From an uncultured Ruminococcus sp. (GTDB lineage Bacteria > Bacillota > Clostridia > Oscillospirales > Acutalibacteraceae): DNA of 64,000 nucleotides. The notes under the pieces were generated by a model. The model saw only the letters and a program-made list of their open reading frames with translations. It had not been told where the DNA came from and made no database searches. Both the position numbers and the translations under genes were made by a program. The stretch is taken from the NCBI GenBank assembly GCA_902768825.1, contig CACXMR010000004.1, positions 14,241 through 78,240 of the forward strand, read 5' to 3'. Of this stretch, positions 1 through 8,462 are shown in pieces; the first letter of the stretch is position 1; each line of letters starts with the position of its first letter.

Positions 1-1245
1 GAGGCAATTTTTGCGGCGACAGCAGTGTCGGCAGCCTTTGCAACCATGATAATGGCATTCTTTGCAAACTATCCTGTTGCCCTTGCCTCCGGAATGGGAC
101 TCAACGCCTACTTTGCATATACTGTTGTTCCTCAATTAGCCGAGCACGGGATCACCGAGCCATGGAGGGTAGCATTGACCGCAATACTTGCTGAAGGTAT
201 TGTTTTTATCCTTCTGTCCTTTGTAAAATTCAGGGAAACACTTGTAAATAAGGTCCCGCAGAATCTTAAACTGGGTATTTCCGCCGGCATAGGCTTGTTT
301 ATTGTTCTGGTCGGATTGCACGGAGCTAAAATAGTGGTGAGTGACCCGTCAAATCTCGTGGGACTGGGCGATATCAGCAGTCCGGGAGTCGTGCTGTCTC
401 TGGTAGGAATACTCATTACTGCAGCTCTGTGGCATTATAAGGTCAAGGGTGCTATTCTGATAGGTATTACCATGACATGGGTGTTTGGAATGATTGCAGA
501 ACTGACCGGTTGGTATCAGGTGGACATTGCAAACGGAGTTTATTCTGTGATACCCAATTTTGACGGATACTCATTATTTGCTCCTGTGCAATCTATGGCA
601 ACAGAAACCTTCTGTAAGTTTGATTTTGGCTACATAGGCCTTAATCCGCTCAACTTCATAGTAATAGTATTTGCCTTCCTGTTTGTAGATCTGTTTGATA
701 CTGTGGGCACTCTCATAGGAGTTGCTCAGGAATGTAATATGCTTAACGAAAAGGGTGAGCTGCCCAGAGTGGGACGTGCGCTTATGGCTGATGCGATAGG
801 TACAGTCGCCGGAGCCGCCCTCGGAACCTCAACTGTCTCCTCCTATGTTGAATCCACTACCGGTATCGCGGCAGGAGGCAGGACAGGTCTTACAGCACTT
901 ACTACTGCCCTTCTCTTCCTTTTCTCCCTTACCCTTTATCCAATATTCCTTGCTATTCCCTCCTTCGCAACAGCACCGGCACTGGTTTTTGTCGGGCTTC
1001 TCATGATGAAGAATATCACCAAAATGAAGTTTGACGGGGATATTGCCGATAGTGTCGGCGGGTTTTTTGCGATAATCATGATGCCTTTCTCAAACTCCAT
1101 AGCGACGGGTATTATGTTTGGTATTATTTCATGGGTCATCCTGAAGGTGTTTACCGGAAAGATCAGGGATATCCACCCCATTATGTGGATCTCGTTTGTA
1201 CTGTTCGTCATCAGGATATTTACGATATTAATTGGTGCAGCTTAA
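1..1245 (+). CDS. NCS2/AzgA-type purine (adenine/guanine/hypoxanthine) permease, 5' end cut by window edge
   Basis: Frame is open from nt 1, with no stop before the GTG at 25. Polytopic hydrophobic protein. Motifs ANYPVALASGMGLNAYFAYTVV and SSYVESTTGIAAGGRTGLTA are typical of AzgA/PbuG-like permeases. Confidence 0.85.
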   Translation, partial: EAIFAATAVSAAFATMIMAFFANYPVALASGMGLNAYFAYTVVPQLAEHGITEPWRVALTAILAEGIVFILLSFVKFRETLVNKVPQNLKLGISAGIGLFIVLVGLHGAKIVVSDPSNLVGLGDISSPGVVLSLVGILITAALWHYKVKGAILIGITMTWVFGMIAELTGWYQVDIANGVYSVIPNFDGYSLFAPVQSMATETFCKFDFGYIGLNPLNFIVIVFAFLFVDLFDTVGTLIGVAQECNMLNEKGELPRVGRALMADAIGTVAGAALGTSTVSSYVESTTGIAAGGRTGLTALTTALLFLFSLTLYPIFLAIPSFATAPALVFVGLLMMKNITKMKFDGDIADSVGGFFAIIMMPFSNSIATGIMFGIISWVILKVFTGKIRDIHPIMWISFVLFVIRIFTILIGAA

Positions 1246-1269
1246 TGGCTTGCTTGCCTATGTAAAGCA

Positions 1270-1326
1270 AAAAGAAAGCGGGATCTCACGCAAGACTGAA
1301 ATGCTTGTGTGAGATCCCACTTTTTA
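1270..1326. terminator. Bidirectional intrinsic terminator between convergent permease and K+ channel genes
   Basis: 15-bp stem GGGATCTCACGCAAG (1280-1294) / CTTGTGTGAGATCCC (1304-1318) with one G-U pair. A-rich 5' flank and TTTTT 3' flank. Confidence 0.8.
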
Positions 1327-1353
1327 TACAATCCTGTAAAGCCGAATACCTTT

Positions 1354-1851
1354 TCATTCGCTTTTTTTGCGGATCTTCTTTATTCTCTCTGAAAGCTCCT
1401 GCAATTCTTCTTTTGACAAATCCTGCAGGTGTTCAAGATCGTCTATTATTTCCTGTGAGCTCTCCTCTGCTCTGAATCCTGACAGATCCGTGAAGAAGCT
1501 CGCTACCACAGCAGTAAAGATAGCTACTACTGCCAATGAATAAATGGAGAGAGCGATTGTAATTATCCTTCCGATGAGGGTAACCGCCGAAACGTCTCCG
1601 TAGCCTATCGTAGTCGCTGAAGCAAAGCAGAACCACAGGCTGTCTCCATAGCTGTTAATATTCGGCTCCCATATCCAGATGGGTACCGCAGCAAGAAAAA
1701 ACCATGCAATATAACCAAAGATTATTTTATCTGCGCCTGCGATCCTGAAGGCAGTTCTCAGCATCCTCAGGGTCTTTCTCTTACTTCTTTTTTTCTTCTT
1801 TGTTTTATTGTCTATAGCGTCCACCTTCTTGTGAAAATGCTTTTTATTCAT
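1354..1851 (-). CDS. Small two-TM potassium channel (KcsA-like pore domain)
   Basis: K+ selectivity filter TTIGYGD flanked by two hydrophobic helices. Lys-rich N-terminus and acidic C-terminal tail. ATG at 1851. Confidence 0.8.
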   Translation of the reverse strand: MNKKHFHKKVDAIDNKTKKKKRSKRKTLRMLRTAFRIAGADKIIFGYIAWFFLAAVPIWIWEPNINSYGDSLWFCFASATTIGYGDVSAVTLIGRIITIALSIYSLAVVAIFTAVVASFFTDLSGFRAEESSQEIIDDLEHLQDLSKEELQELSERIKKIRKKSE

Positions 1852-2026
1852 TGAGCAGCATCAGAATCTTAGGAACATTGATACTGTTTCCTTGGTAGTA
1901 TATCACTATTTCTAAAACACGTCAATACAACAGGCATGAACATAACCATGTTTATTATAATTATTATCGGTCGGCTACACTCCCCGAAGAAAAATAATTC
2001 CATATTTACATTTTATTTTATAACTA

Positions 2027-2055
2027 TTGACAAATCCATAATATGAGTATATTAT
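2027..2055 (+). promoter_or_regulatory. Sigma-A-type promoter of the aroF leader
   Basis: TTGACA (2027-2032), 17-nt spacer, TATTAT (2050-2055). Confidence 0.6.
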
Positions 2056-2094
2056 CGTACTATCAATTACCGGAAAGGAGTTTTCGGCTTGAAG

Positions 2095-2217
2095 ATGTTC
2101 AGCGCACGATTTTTTAATTACTTTACAAGCTTTTCATGCTTTTATTGGTATGGAAAAATCTTTTGTGCTGCGTCGATCTCCGAAAAACTGCCGGTAGCTG
2201 TGAGATGTCCATTGTAA
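2095..2217 (+). CDS. Aromatic-rich leader peptide (40 codons) of a putative transcription attenuator
   Basis: Translates to MFSARFFNYFTSFSCFYWYGKIFCAASISEKLPVAVRCPL; 11 of the first 23 residues are F/Y/W. AAGGAG at 2075-2080. An in-frame TTG at 2089 would give better spacing. Not in the supplied ORF track because it is under 60 aa. Confidence 0.6.
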   Translation: MFSARFFNYFTSFSCFYWYGKIFCAASISEKLPVAVRCPL

Positions 2218-2257
2218 TCAGCAATGTGGTTTCTGACATTACAATAGGGTGCATTTA

Positions 2258-2285
2258 ACGGGATCCGCAGGGGTCCCGTTTTTTG
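2258..2285 (+). terminator. Attenuator terminator between leader peptide and aroF
   Basis: 9-bp stem ACGGGATCC / GGGTCCCGT (one G-U pair), 4-nt loop GCAG, then TTTTTT. Lies 95 nt upstream of the aroF ATG. Confidence 0.75.
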
Positions 2286-2379
2286 TTTGCCTTTCTTTGT
2301 GGGTTTTCATAAGAATCACGGCCGGATACGAACTGAAAGCTCCAAAGCTAAAAGATCTATAATTTTGGAGGAAAAGAAA

Positions 2380-3402
2380 ATGATCATCATTATCAAACAA
2401 AATGTTTCAAAGGACCAGCTCACTGTTTTTAAGGCAAATCTTGAGGAAAAGTATAACGTAAAGGTCAATACATGGGTGGGTGTTGGGTCAACCGTCCTTG
2501 GACTTATCGGTGACACGACACAGATCGATGAGGATTGGGTCAACGCTCAGGATGTTGTGGAAAAAATCAAACGTGTGCAGGAACCGTATAAAAAAGCAAA
2601 CAGAAAATTCCATCCGGATAACACTGTGATCGAGCTGCCCACAGGCCAAAAGATCGGTGACGGAAATCTTTGCATTATGGCCGGTCCATGCTCTGTGGAG
2701 AGCGAGGAACAGATCAACTATGTAGCCCAGAGAGTCAAGGACAGCGGTGCAACCTTCCTCAGAGGAGGAGCCTTCAAACCGAGGACATCGCCTTATTCAT
2801 TCCAGGGGTTGAAGGCTGAGGGACTTGACCTGCTTAAAGGCGCCAGAAAGGTTACCGGCCTTCCGATTGTGACAGAAATAATGAGAGCTTCACACATAGA
2901 TATGTTTGAAAGCGTTGACATAATCCAGGTAGGCGCCCGCAATATGCAGAATTTTGAGCTGCTGAAGGAGCTTGGACGTATTGACAAACCCATTCTCCTA
3001 AAGAGAGGTCTGTCAAACACTATCGAAGAATGGTTGATGAGCGCAGAGTATATTATGGCAGGCGGTAATTCAAAGGTAATACTCTGCGAAAGAGGAATCA
3101 GAACCTATGAGACAGCAACGAGAAACACCCTTGACCTTTCCGCTGTACCGGTAATAAAAAAGCTCTCGCACCTGCCTGTGATAGTAGATCCGAGCCATGC
3201 AACGGGCAAATCCTCGCTGGTCGAGCAGATGTCACTTGCCGCTGTAGCCGCCGGCGCAGACGGTCTTATGATAGAGGTGCACAACGATCCAAAGCATGCA
3301 CTTTCAGACGGTGCACAGTCGCTGACACCTGATCAGTTTGACAGTGTTGCAAGGAAGGTTTTTGCCTTAAAGAAGGCATATGATTTGATAATGGCTGAAT
3401 GA
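2380..3402 (+). CDS. aroF: 3-deoxy-7-phosphoheptulonate (DAHP) synthase, type I-beta with N-terminal regulatory domain
   Basis: Motifs MAGPCSVESEEQ, FKPRTSPYSFQGL, VIVDPSHATG. GGAGG at 2367-2371, 8 nt before the ATG at 2380. The track ORF starting at TTG 2287 overlaps the terminator T-tract and is unlikely to be the real start. Confidence 0.9.
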   Translation: MIIIIKQNVSKDQLTVFKANLEEKYNVKVNTWVGVGSTVLGLIGDTTQIDEDWVNAQDVVEKIKRVQEPYKKANRKFHPDNTVIELPTGQKIGDGNLCIMAGPCSVESEEQINYVAQRVKDSGATFLRGGAFKPRTSPYSFQGLKAEGLDLLKGARKVTGLPIVTEIMRASHIDMFESVDIIQVGARNMQNFELLKELGRIDKPILLKRGLSNTIEEWLMSAEYIMAGGNSKVILCERGIRTYETATRNTLDLSAVPVIKKLSHLPVIVDPSHATGKSSLVEQMSLAAVAAGADGLMIEVHNDPKHALSDGAQSLTPDQFDSVARKVFALKKAYDLIMAE

Positions 3403-3421
3403 ATCCGAATTGCAATAGAAA

Positions 3422-3447
3422 GGCCCGGCACAAAAACCTGCCGGGCT
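3422..3447. terminator. Hairpin between convergent aroF and hydrolase genes
   Basis: Stem GGCCCGGCA / TGCCGGGCT with an 8-nt loop. T/A tracts on both sides are weak. Confidence 0.45.
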
Positions 3448-3480
3448 GTAATGATCTTGCTTTGTCTTCGGTCTGGATCG

Positions 3481-4443
3481 TCAGTTTTCTTCAAGCCATT
3501 TGAACATACTTGTGATATCCTCATCGTGTACTCCGTGGAAGTCGTCATCATGGGTGATCAGAGTGCAGTTATTATGATCCTTGAGCTTCTCATACATCTG
3601 CTGGGCATGACTGAATGATACCTGCTTGTCCATTTTGCTGTGAATGATAAGGACCGGTATGTTGATCTCATCAGCCCAATACACTGCCGATCTCCTTTCA
3701 TACTCCTCAGGCACTTCTTCAGGTGAACCTCCGATAAATCCTCTCAGTCCTTCCTTCATATCATCCCGCTCCTGATAGCTAAGGAACAGATTACTGATAC
3801 CGGAGCAAACTATTATCTTCTTGACACGAGCATCCCTTCGGGCAGTCATATAGGTCATCATGCCCCCTCTTGATTCACCCTCAACGCAGAGGTCATCCAT
3901 GTCAATAAAATCAAAACGCTTGTCGCACAAATCTATAAGCTTGACTACATCGTTAAGATCATCCCCACCAAACTGCTCTACTCCTTCAGTCCCGTTGCAG
4001 CCCCTCAGCTCGCAGCCGACAACAACACGTCCGGAATAGTAGCACCTCAAAGCGGTAGCCCTATCATCAAGGGTACCGTATCTGCTGTTCCCGCCTCTGC
4101 AGTAAACTAAACATTTTGTAGGTTTTTGCGATTCTATGCTTGCAATGGGGATCGAAATATAACCGTTTATCCTGTATCCGTCTGACATAAAAGTGAACTG
4201 ATATGTTTTGCAAGCCTTTTCCAGCTCGCTGCCCAACTCTATCCTTTCAAAGTCAAAAACCTCTTCGTTAACGTATGCGGAAGGGTCAAATAATCCATCG
4301 TTTTCGGTGCTTATTTCAGAACTCATCACCGAGCTTAATGAGGTCTGGGAAGCCGAAGAAGTATTGCTCTGATCACTTTTAGCGCAGCCGTAAATGGACA
4401 ACAACATCATGGCAGACAACAAGATACTCAAAGTCTTTTTCAT
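3481..4443 (-). CDS. Lipoprotein, alpha/beta-hydrolase (S9 prolyl-oligopeptidase-like) family
   Basis: Signal peptide with lipobox LSIYGC. Nucleophile elbow GESRGG. C-terminal Asp/His region (IHSKMDKQV, HDDDFHG). Confidence 0.7.
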   Translation of the reverse strand: MKKTLSILLSAMMLLSIYGCAKSDQSNTSSASQTSLSSVMSSEISTENDGLFDPSAYVNEEVFDFERIELGSELEKACKTYQFTFMSDGYRINGYISIPIASIESQKPTKCLVYCRGGNSRYGTLDDRATALRCYYSGRVVVGCELRGCNGTEGVEQFGGDDLNDVVKLIDLCDKRFDFIDMDDLCVEGESRGGMMTYMTARRDARVKKIIVCSGISNLFLSYQERDDMKEGLRGFIGGSPEEVPEEYERRSAVYWADEINIPVLIIHSKMDKQVSFSHAQQMYEKLKDHNNCTLITHDDDFHGVHDEDITSMFKWLEEN

Positions 4444-4528
4444 TATAGATCATCTCCCTCATTTTAGTGATAGCTATGTCAACAATATATATTAGGATTT
4501 TATCATATTTCTTGTTGAAATTCAATGC

Positions 4529-4565
4529 AAAAAAAGAAATGCCCTCCCAAACGGAAGAGCATTTC
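4529..4565 (-). terminator. Intrinsic terminator of the surface-protein gene
   Basis: On the minus strand, GAAATGC...GCATTTC stem followed by TTTTTTT. Confidence 0.7.
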
Positions 4566-4606
4566 AGATAAGATAGCATTATCACCGGGACGTCATCAGT
4601 AATTCT

Positions 4607-7075
4607 TTAGTCCTTCTTACGCTTAACAGCAAGGAACAGGGCTGCGGTAAGACCGCTGAGGATCATCATTGCCACAGCTGCAGGAGATGCTGAGGTACCG
4701 GTTTTGGGGAAGTCGGGGTCCGGAACAACTGTAGAGCCTTCGTTTGTAACGTAGACTATTATTTCAATAGTACCGTCCGAGAATACAAGGTGGAGATGGT
4801 TTTCGCCGTCCTTCAGGATTCTGTCGGCAAGCTCCTTGCTGATGCTGACAACACCGTTGTCAATGCTCAGGCCTTCGGTGCCTTCTGTTGCCGCTGTACC
4901 ACCGTCTATGCGGATCGCCACAGTATCGGACTTTGATGTGGCGCGGATAGCGAAGCCGTCACCCTTTCTGTCATAGGTTATCGTGGTGTGCTCGGCAAGT
5001 ATCGGCTCTTCAACATCAATCTTCTCAAAAACAGCCACCAGGCTTTCAGGACAATGCACAGAGAAGATGTACACTTCAGAGGTTGTCAATATCTGATCTG
5101 TAAGGGCATCCAGCCAGTAAAGGAATTTATAGCCTTCATCGGCCTTTGCACCAAGGAATACATCTTCAGTCATAGGAACACTCATGCTGATGGACTGTAC
5201 AGGCATATCAGTATGGAATACCGGCTCTCCGTCTACAAAATCACAGGTGATCTGACCCTTGCCAATAGTATTGACAAGAATAGAGCAATTTTCAAGGCTC
5301 AGATAATCAAATTCTGCGATAAGCTCGATGCTCTCAGTGACATCAATAGTTATTGTCTGGTCATAGGAATAATGCTCACCGGTAGTTGCATTTGTCCAGC
5401 GGATGAATTTATAATTATCCTCATCTGTCTTTGCACTTAAAACAACTGTATCACCAACATTTACGGAAACCGAAATGCTCTGCGAGGGGTGCTTGTCGTC
5501 AAAAACAGGCTCTGACCCATCGTCAGAAAAAGCGATCCATCCCTCACCTATTGTATAAGCAGAGACAACAACAGATGAATTATCAGCAAAAACGGCAGTC
5601 AGATTAAGAGCTTCATTTGCTTCGATGTAAATTGTTTCGTCTGTTGAATAGACCATCTGCTTATCCTCATCGATCCAGTTAACAAACCTCCAACCCTTGT
5701 CAGCTTTTGCACCCAAAGTAACCTTTTCTCCAACGCCTATGCTGGTTGATACACTCTGAGCAGGGTGCTTGTCGTCGAATACAAGCTCTGAGCCGTCATC
5801 AGAAATGGCAAGGGTTCCGTTACCTGTTGTTGAGGCTGAAATTGTCACGAGAGAAGCATCAGCAAAAACTGCTGTCAGGCTTTTGTTGCCTGTTACTGAC
5901 ACAGTGACGGTATCCTCCATTGAGAAAACAGACTGTTCATCATTATCCACCCAATAAACGAATTTCCAGCCCTCTACAGGCTTTGCACTGAAGGTAATAC
6001 TGTCTCCGACATCAGCATTCACCGAAATAATCTGAGTCGGGTGCTCGTCATCAAATACCGGCTCTGACCCATCGTCAGAATATGCAAGTATTCCTTCTCC
6101 GTCAACATTAGCCATAACAGTTACAAGAGCAGTATCGGCAAATACCGCTGTCAGGTTAAGGTCACTCTCCGCTTCAATAGCCACTGTTGCTTCCTCAGAA
6201 CAGATTTCACCTGTATCGGCATTGACCCAATAAACGAACCTCCAGCCTTCCTCTGCCTTTGCACTTAATGTGATGGTATTTCCTTTGTCCGCACTCACTG
6301 ACGCACTCTGTGCCGGATGTTCGTCGTCAAATACCGGCTCCGATCCGTCGTCCGAAACTGCAAGTATACCATTGCCCTCTACGTTGGCTGTTACGGTTAC
6401 AAGAGCTACATCGGCAAAAACCGCTGTAAGGTTAAGGTCACTCTCCGCTTCAATAGCCACTGTTGCTTCATCGGAATAGAACTCACCTGTATCAGCATTG
6501 ATCCAATTAACAAATTTCCAGCCTTCCTCAGCCTTTGCACTAATAGTTATTGTGTTACCTTTGTCAGCACTCACCGACGCACTCTGTGCCGGATGTTCAT
6601 CGTCAAATACCGGCTCCGATCCGTCATCCGAAACCGCAACTATACCATTGCCATCTACGTTGGCTGTTACTGTTACAAGAGCGATATCAGCAAAAACCGC
6701 TGTCAGGTTAAGATCACTCTCCGCTACAACCGTTACTGTAGCTTCCTCTGAGTAGACTTCACCAGTATCATTATTCGTCCAGCAAACGAATTTCCAGCCT
6801 TCCTCAGCCCTTGCGCTGATGGTTAAAGTATCACCCATATTTGCGCTTACTGACATGCTCTGGGCAGGATGTTCATCGTCAAATACCGGCTCCGATCCGT
6901 CATCTGAAACGGCAAGCCGACCATTGCCAACAGTATCCGCAGTCAGCATCATCTGTTTGCTCTCCGCATTCATCTGATCATTTGTCCCCTCTGTTGCTGC
7001 AGGAGCCGCAAATGCCGTTGTGGTCATAACACCTGCAAGCGAGAGTACAAGAAGAACTGTCAGAAACTTTTTCGT
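4607..7075 (-). CDS. Sortase-anchored surface protein with seven InlB-B-repeat-like domains; apparent ACG initiation codon
   Basis: C-terminal FPKTG motif, hydrophobic helix, then KRKKD. Seven ~92-aa repeats (..DDGSEPVFDDEHPAQS..EGWKFVNW..LTAVFAD). The signal peptide (x)KKFLTVLLVLSLAGVMTTTAFA is only in frame upstream of the first ATG (7027). AGGAGG at 7087-7082 lies 6 nt before ACG at 7075-7073. Confidence 0.75.
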   Translation of the reverse strand, partial: TKKFLTVLLVLSLAGVMTTTAFAAPAATEGTNDQMNAESKQMMLTADTVGNGRLAVSDDGSEPVFDDEHPAQSMSVSANMGDTLTISARAEEGWKFVCWTNNDTGEVYSEEATVTVVAESDLNLTAVFADIALVTVTANVDGNGIVAVSDDGSEPVFDDEHPAQSASVSADKGNTITISAKAEEGWKFVNWINADTGEFYSDEATVAIEAESDLNLTAVFADVALVTVTANVEGNGILAVSDDGSEPVFDDEHPAQSASVSADKGNTITLSAKAEEGWRFVYWVNADTGEICSEEATVAIEAESDLNLTAVFADTALVTVMANVDGEGILAYSDDGSEPVFDDEHPTQIISVNADVGDSITFSAKPVEGWKFVYWVDNDEQSVFSMEDTVTVSVTGNKSLTAVFADASLVTISASTTGNGTLAISDDGSELVFDDKHPAQSVSTSIGVGEKVTLGAKADKGWRFVNWIDEDKQMVYSTDETIYIEANEALNLTAVFADNSSVVVSAYTIGEGWIAFSDDGSEPVFDDKHPSQSISVSVNVGDTVVLSAKTDEDNYKFIRWTNATTGEHYSYDQTITIDVTESIELIAEFDYLSLENCSILVNTIGKGQITCDFVDGEPVFHTDMPVQSISMSVPMTEDVFLGAKADEGYKFLYWLDALTDQILTTSEVYIFSVHCPESLVAVFEKIDVEEPILAEHTTITYDRKGDGFAIRATSKSDTVAIRIDGGTAATEGTEGLSIDNGVVSISKELADRILKDGENHLHLVFSDGTIEIIVYVTNEGSTVVPDPDFPKTGTSASPAAVAMMILSGLTAALFLAVKRKKD
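5020..6950 (-). repeat. Seven tandem ~276-bp coding repeats inside the surface-protein gene
   Basis: Protein repeats of ~92 aa. Copies 2 and 3 are nearly identical at nucleotide level: the antisense track ORFs 6270-6479 and 6498-6755 give almost the same peptide at a 276-nt offset. Confidence 0.85.
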
Positions 7076-7277
7076 TTTGTACCTCCTGTATTATTCATAG
7101 ATTATGACACAAAAACCTGTGTACATGATAATTATAACACATCTTACTTAACAAAAATGCAACAAAACTGTGAATTTTGCAGATTATGGGAAAATATAAA
7201 GCAAATTTGGAATATCTGCTAAATATCAGCAAAGTTCATTGGATGTTTTGGTCTATTTTTCTAAGATAAATCCTTTC

Positions 7278-7306
7278 TTTACTTTTCTTAGACTAAGTGC
7301 TATAAT
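7278..7306 (+). promoter_or_regulatory. Putative luxS promoter
   Basis: TTTACT (7278-7283), 17-nt spacer, TATAAT (7301-7306). Confidence 0.45.
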
Positions 7307-7343
7307 TCCAATTATGATACAAAATTAATAAGGAGAGAATACT

Positions 7344-7868
7344 ATGGATCTGATACCAAGCTTTTCTGTGGATCATACCCTGATCATTCCCGGAATTTTT
7401 ACAAGCCGGGTGGATACTGTAGCAGGTGAAATGATTACTACCTACGATATCCGGCTCACAAGGCCTAACAGAGAACCGGCAATTGATGTGGCTGCAATGC
7501 ACTCACTTGAACACATTATCGCTACTTTTCTGCGCAACGACCCCGACTGGAAGGATGAGATAATCTACTGGGGTCCCATGGGATGCCTTACGGGATTTTA
7601 TCTGATCCTCAAGGGCAATCGTGCTCCGAGTGAAATATTTGACCTGATACTGAGAGCGTTCCGTTCTGTGGAGAGCGTCTCAGTCGTCCCCGGTGCAACG
7701 GCGGAAAACTGCGGTAATTACCTTATGCATAACCTTGGCATGGCTAAATGGTACGCATCAAGATTTGCTGACTATCTTGCCGAAAACCAGGGAAAATCTG
7801 AGATATTTGAGTATCCCAAAACGGAGCGTCTCGTAACTGAGGACGGACAGCATTTTTATGATTCATAA
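7344..7868 (+). CDS. luxS: S-ribosylhomocysteine lyase (AI-2 synthase)
   Basis: Metal-binding HSLEHIIATF motif and GPMGCLTGFY. Length 174 aa. AAGGAGA RBS. Confidence 0.92.
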   Translation: MDLIPSFSVDHTLIIPGIFTSRVDTVAGEMITTYDIRLTRPNREPAIDVAAMHSLEHIIATFLRNDPDWKDEIIYWGPMGCLTGFYLILKGNRAPSEIFDLILRAFRSVESVSVVPGATAENCGNYLMHNLGMAKWYASRFADYLAENQGKSEIFEYPKTERLVTEDGQHFYDS

Positions 7869-7890
7869 TATAACAATGCACAATAGCAAA

Positions 7891-7927
7891 GCCACCAGAC
7901 AGAATTGATCTGCCTGATGGCTTTTTG
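7891..7927 (+). terminator. luxS terminator
   Basis: GCCACCAGACAG / CTGCCTGATGGC stem (two mismatches) followed by TTTTTG. Confidence 0.65.
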
Positions 7928-7996
7928 TTTATAGCTTGTCAGGGGACTTAGTATTATTATGCAAATAAGAATCTCATCTAAGTCCCACAGCACTGA

Positions 7997-8293
7997 TTAT
8001 TCCAAATTGAAAATATCTGCAAATCCTGTTAATTTGAAGATATCCATTATTTCCATCGAAGCACCTCTGACGATCATCTCACCACGGTCCTCCATAGTCT
8101 GATATGCAGCCAAAAGCACACGAAGCCCCGCACTTGAGATGTATTCGAGGCCACTGATATCAAATATCAGCTTTTCTACATCGTTAAGCTTATCCCCAAG
8201 CCTGCTCTCAAGTTCAGGCGCTGTACGAGTATCAAGTCTGCCCGTAATCATAATAGTAAGCTCGCTGCCATTTTTTATTTCTTTAATTTCCAT
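7997..8293 (-). CDS. STAS-domain anti-sigma-factor antagonist (SpoIIAA/RsbV-like), 98 aa
   Basis: MEIKEIKNGSELTIMITGRLD... with the phospho-serine motif DISGLEYISSAGLRVLL. AGGAGGA RBS upstream of the ATG at 8293. The 62-aa N-terminal extension in the track ORF has no support. Confidence 0.85.
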   Translation of the reverse strand: MEIKEIKNGSELTIMITGRLDTRTAPELESRLGDKLNDVEKLIFDISGLEYISSAGLRVLLAAYQTMEDRGEMIVRGASMEIMDIFKLTGFADIFNLE

Positions 8294-8397
8294 GTTAATC
8301 CTCCTGAATGACACAAGGGTCAAAAATATTACCGTACCTATATATTCTACCATAAGTGAGCTATAAAAAGCAACTGCTTTACTGCAATTATCAACGC

Positions 8398-8436
8398 AAT
8401 AAAATAAAAAACAAGCCTTTCCAAGCTTGGGAAGGC
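8398..8436 (-). terminator. Intrinsic terminator after the secreted-protein gene
   Basis: Palindrome GCCTTTCCAAGCTTGGGAAGGC (8415-8436), followed on the minus strand by TTGTTTTTTATTTTATT. Confidence 0.75.
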
Positions 8437-8462
8437 CTGTTTCTTGTACCAAGAAGGTGTTT

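Noticed and set aside
2100-2285. Possible T-box riboswitch upstream of aroF, suggested by AATAGGGTG near the terminator.
   Set aside because: The T-box core (GGGTGGTACCGCG-like) is not present beyond GGGTG. I could not find an AGAGA/GNUGGNA-type Stem I or a specifier-loop arrangement. The aromatic-rich leader ORF explains the terminator better.
2287-2379. N-terminal 31-aa extension of DAHP synthase from TTG 2287 (the track ORF start).
   Set aside because: It begins within the terminator T-tract and has no RBS. The ATG at 2380 has GGAGG at ideal spacing, and the homologous protein starts there.
5020-6950. The regularly spaced repeats could superficially suggest a CRISPR array or a mobile-element repeat.
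   Set aside because: The units are 276 bp, contiguous with no unique spacers, and in frame within one ORF encoding a repeated protein domain.
7943-7986. 9-bp stem GGGACTTAG / CTAAGTCCC with a 26-nt loop, just downstream of the STAS gene.
   Set aside because: There is no U tract on either strand and the loop is large. It may be a weak terminator or may arise by chance in AT-rich DNA. There is not enough evidence to assign a function.
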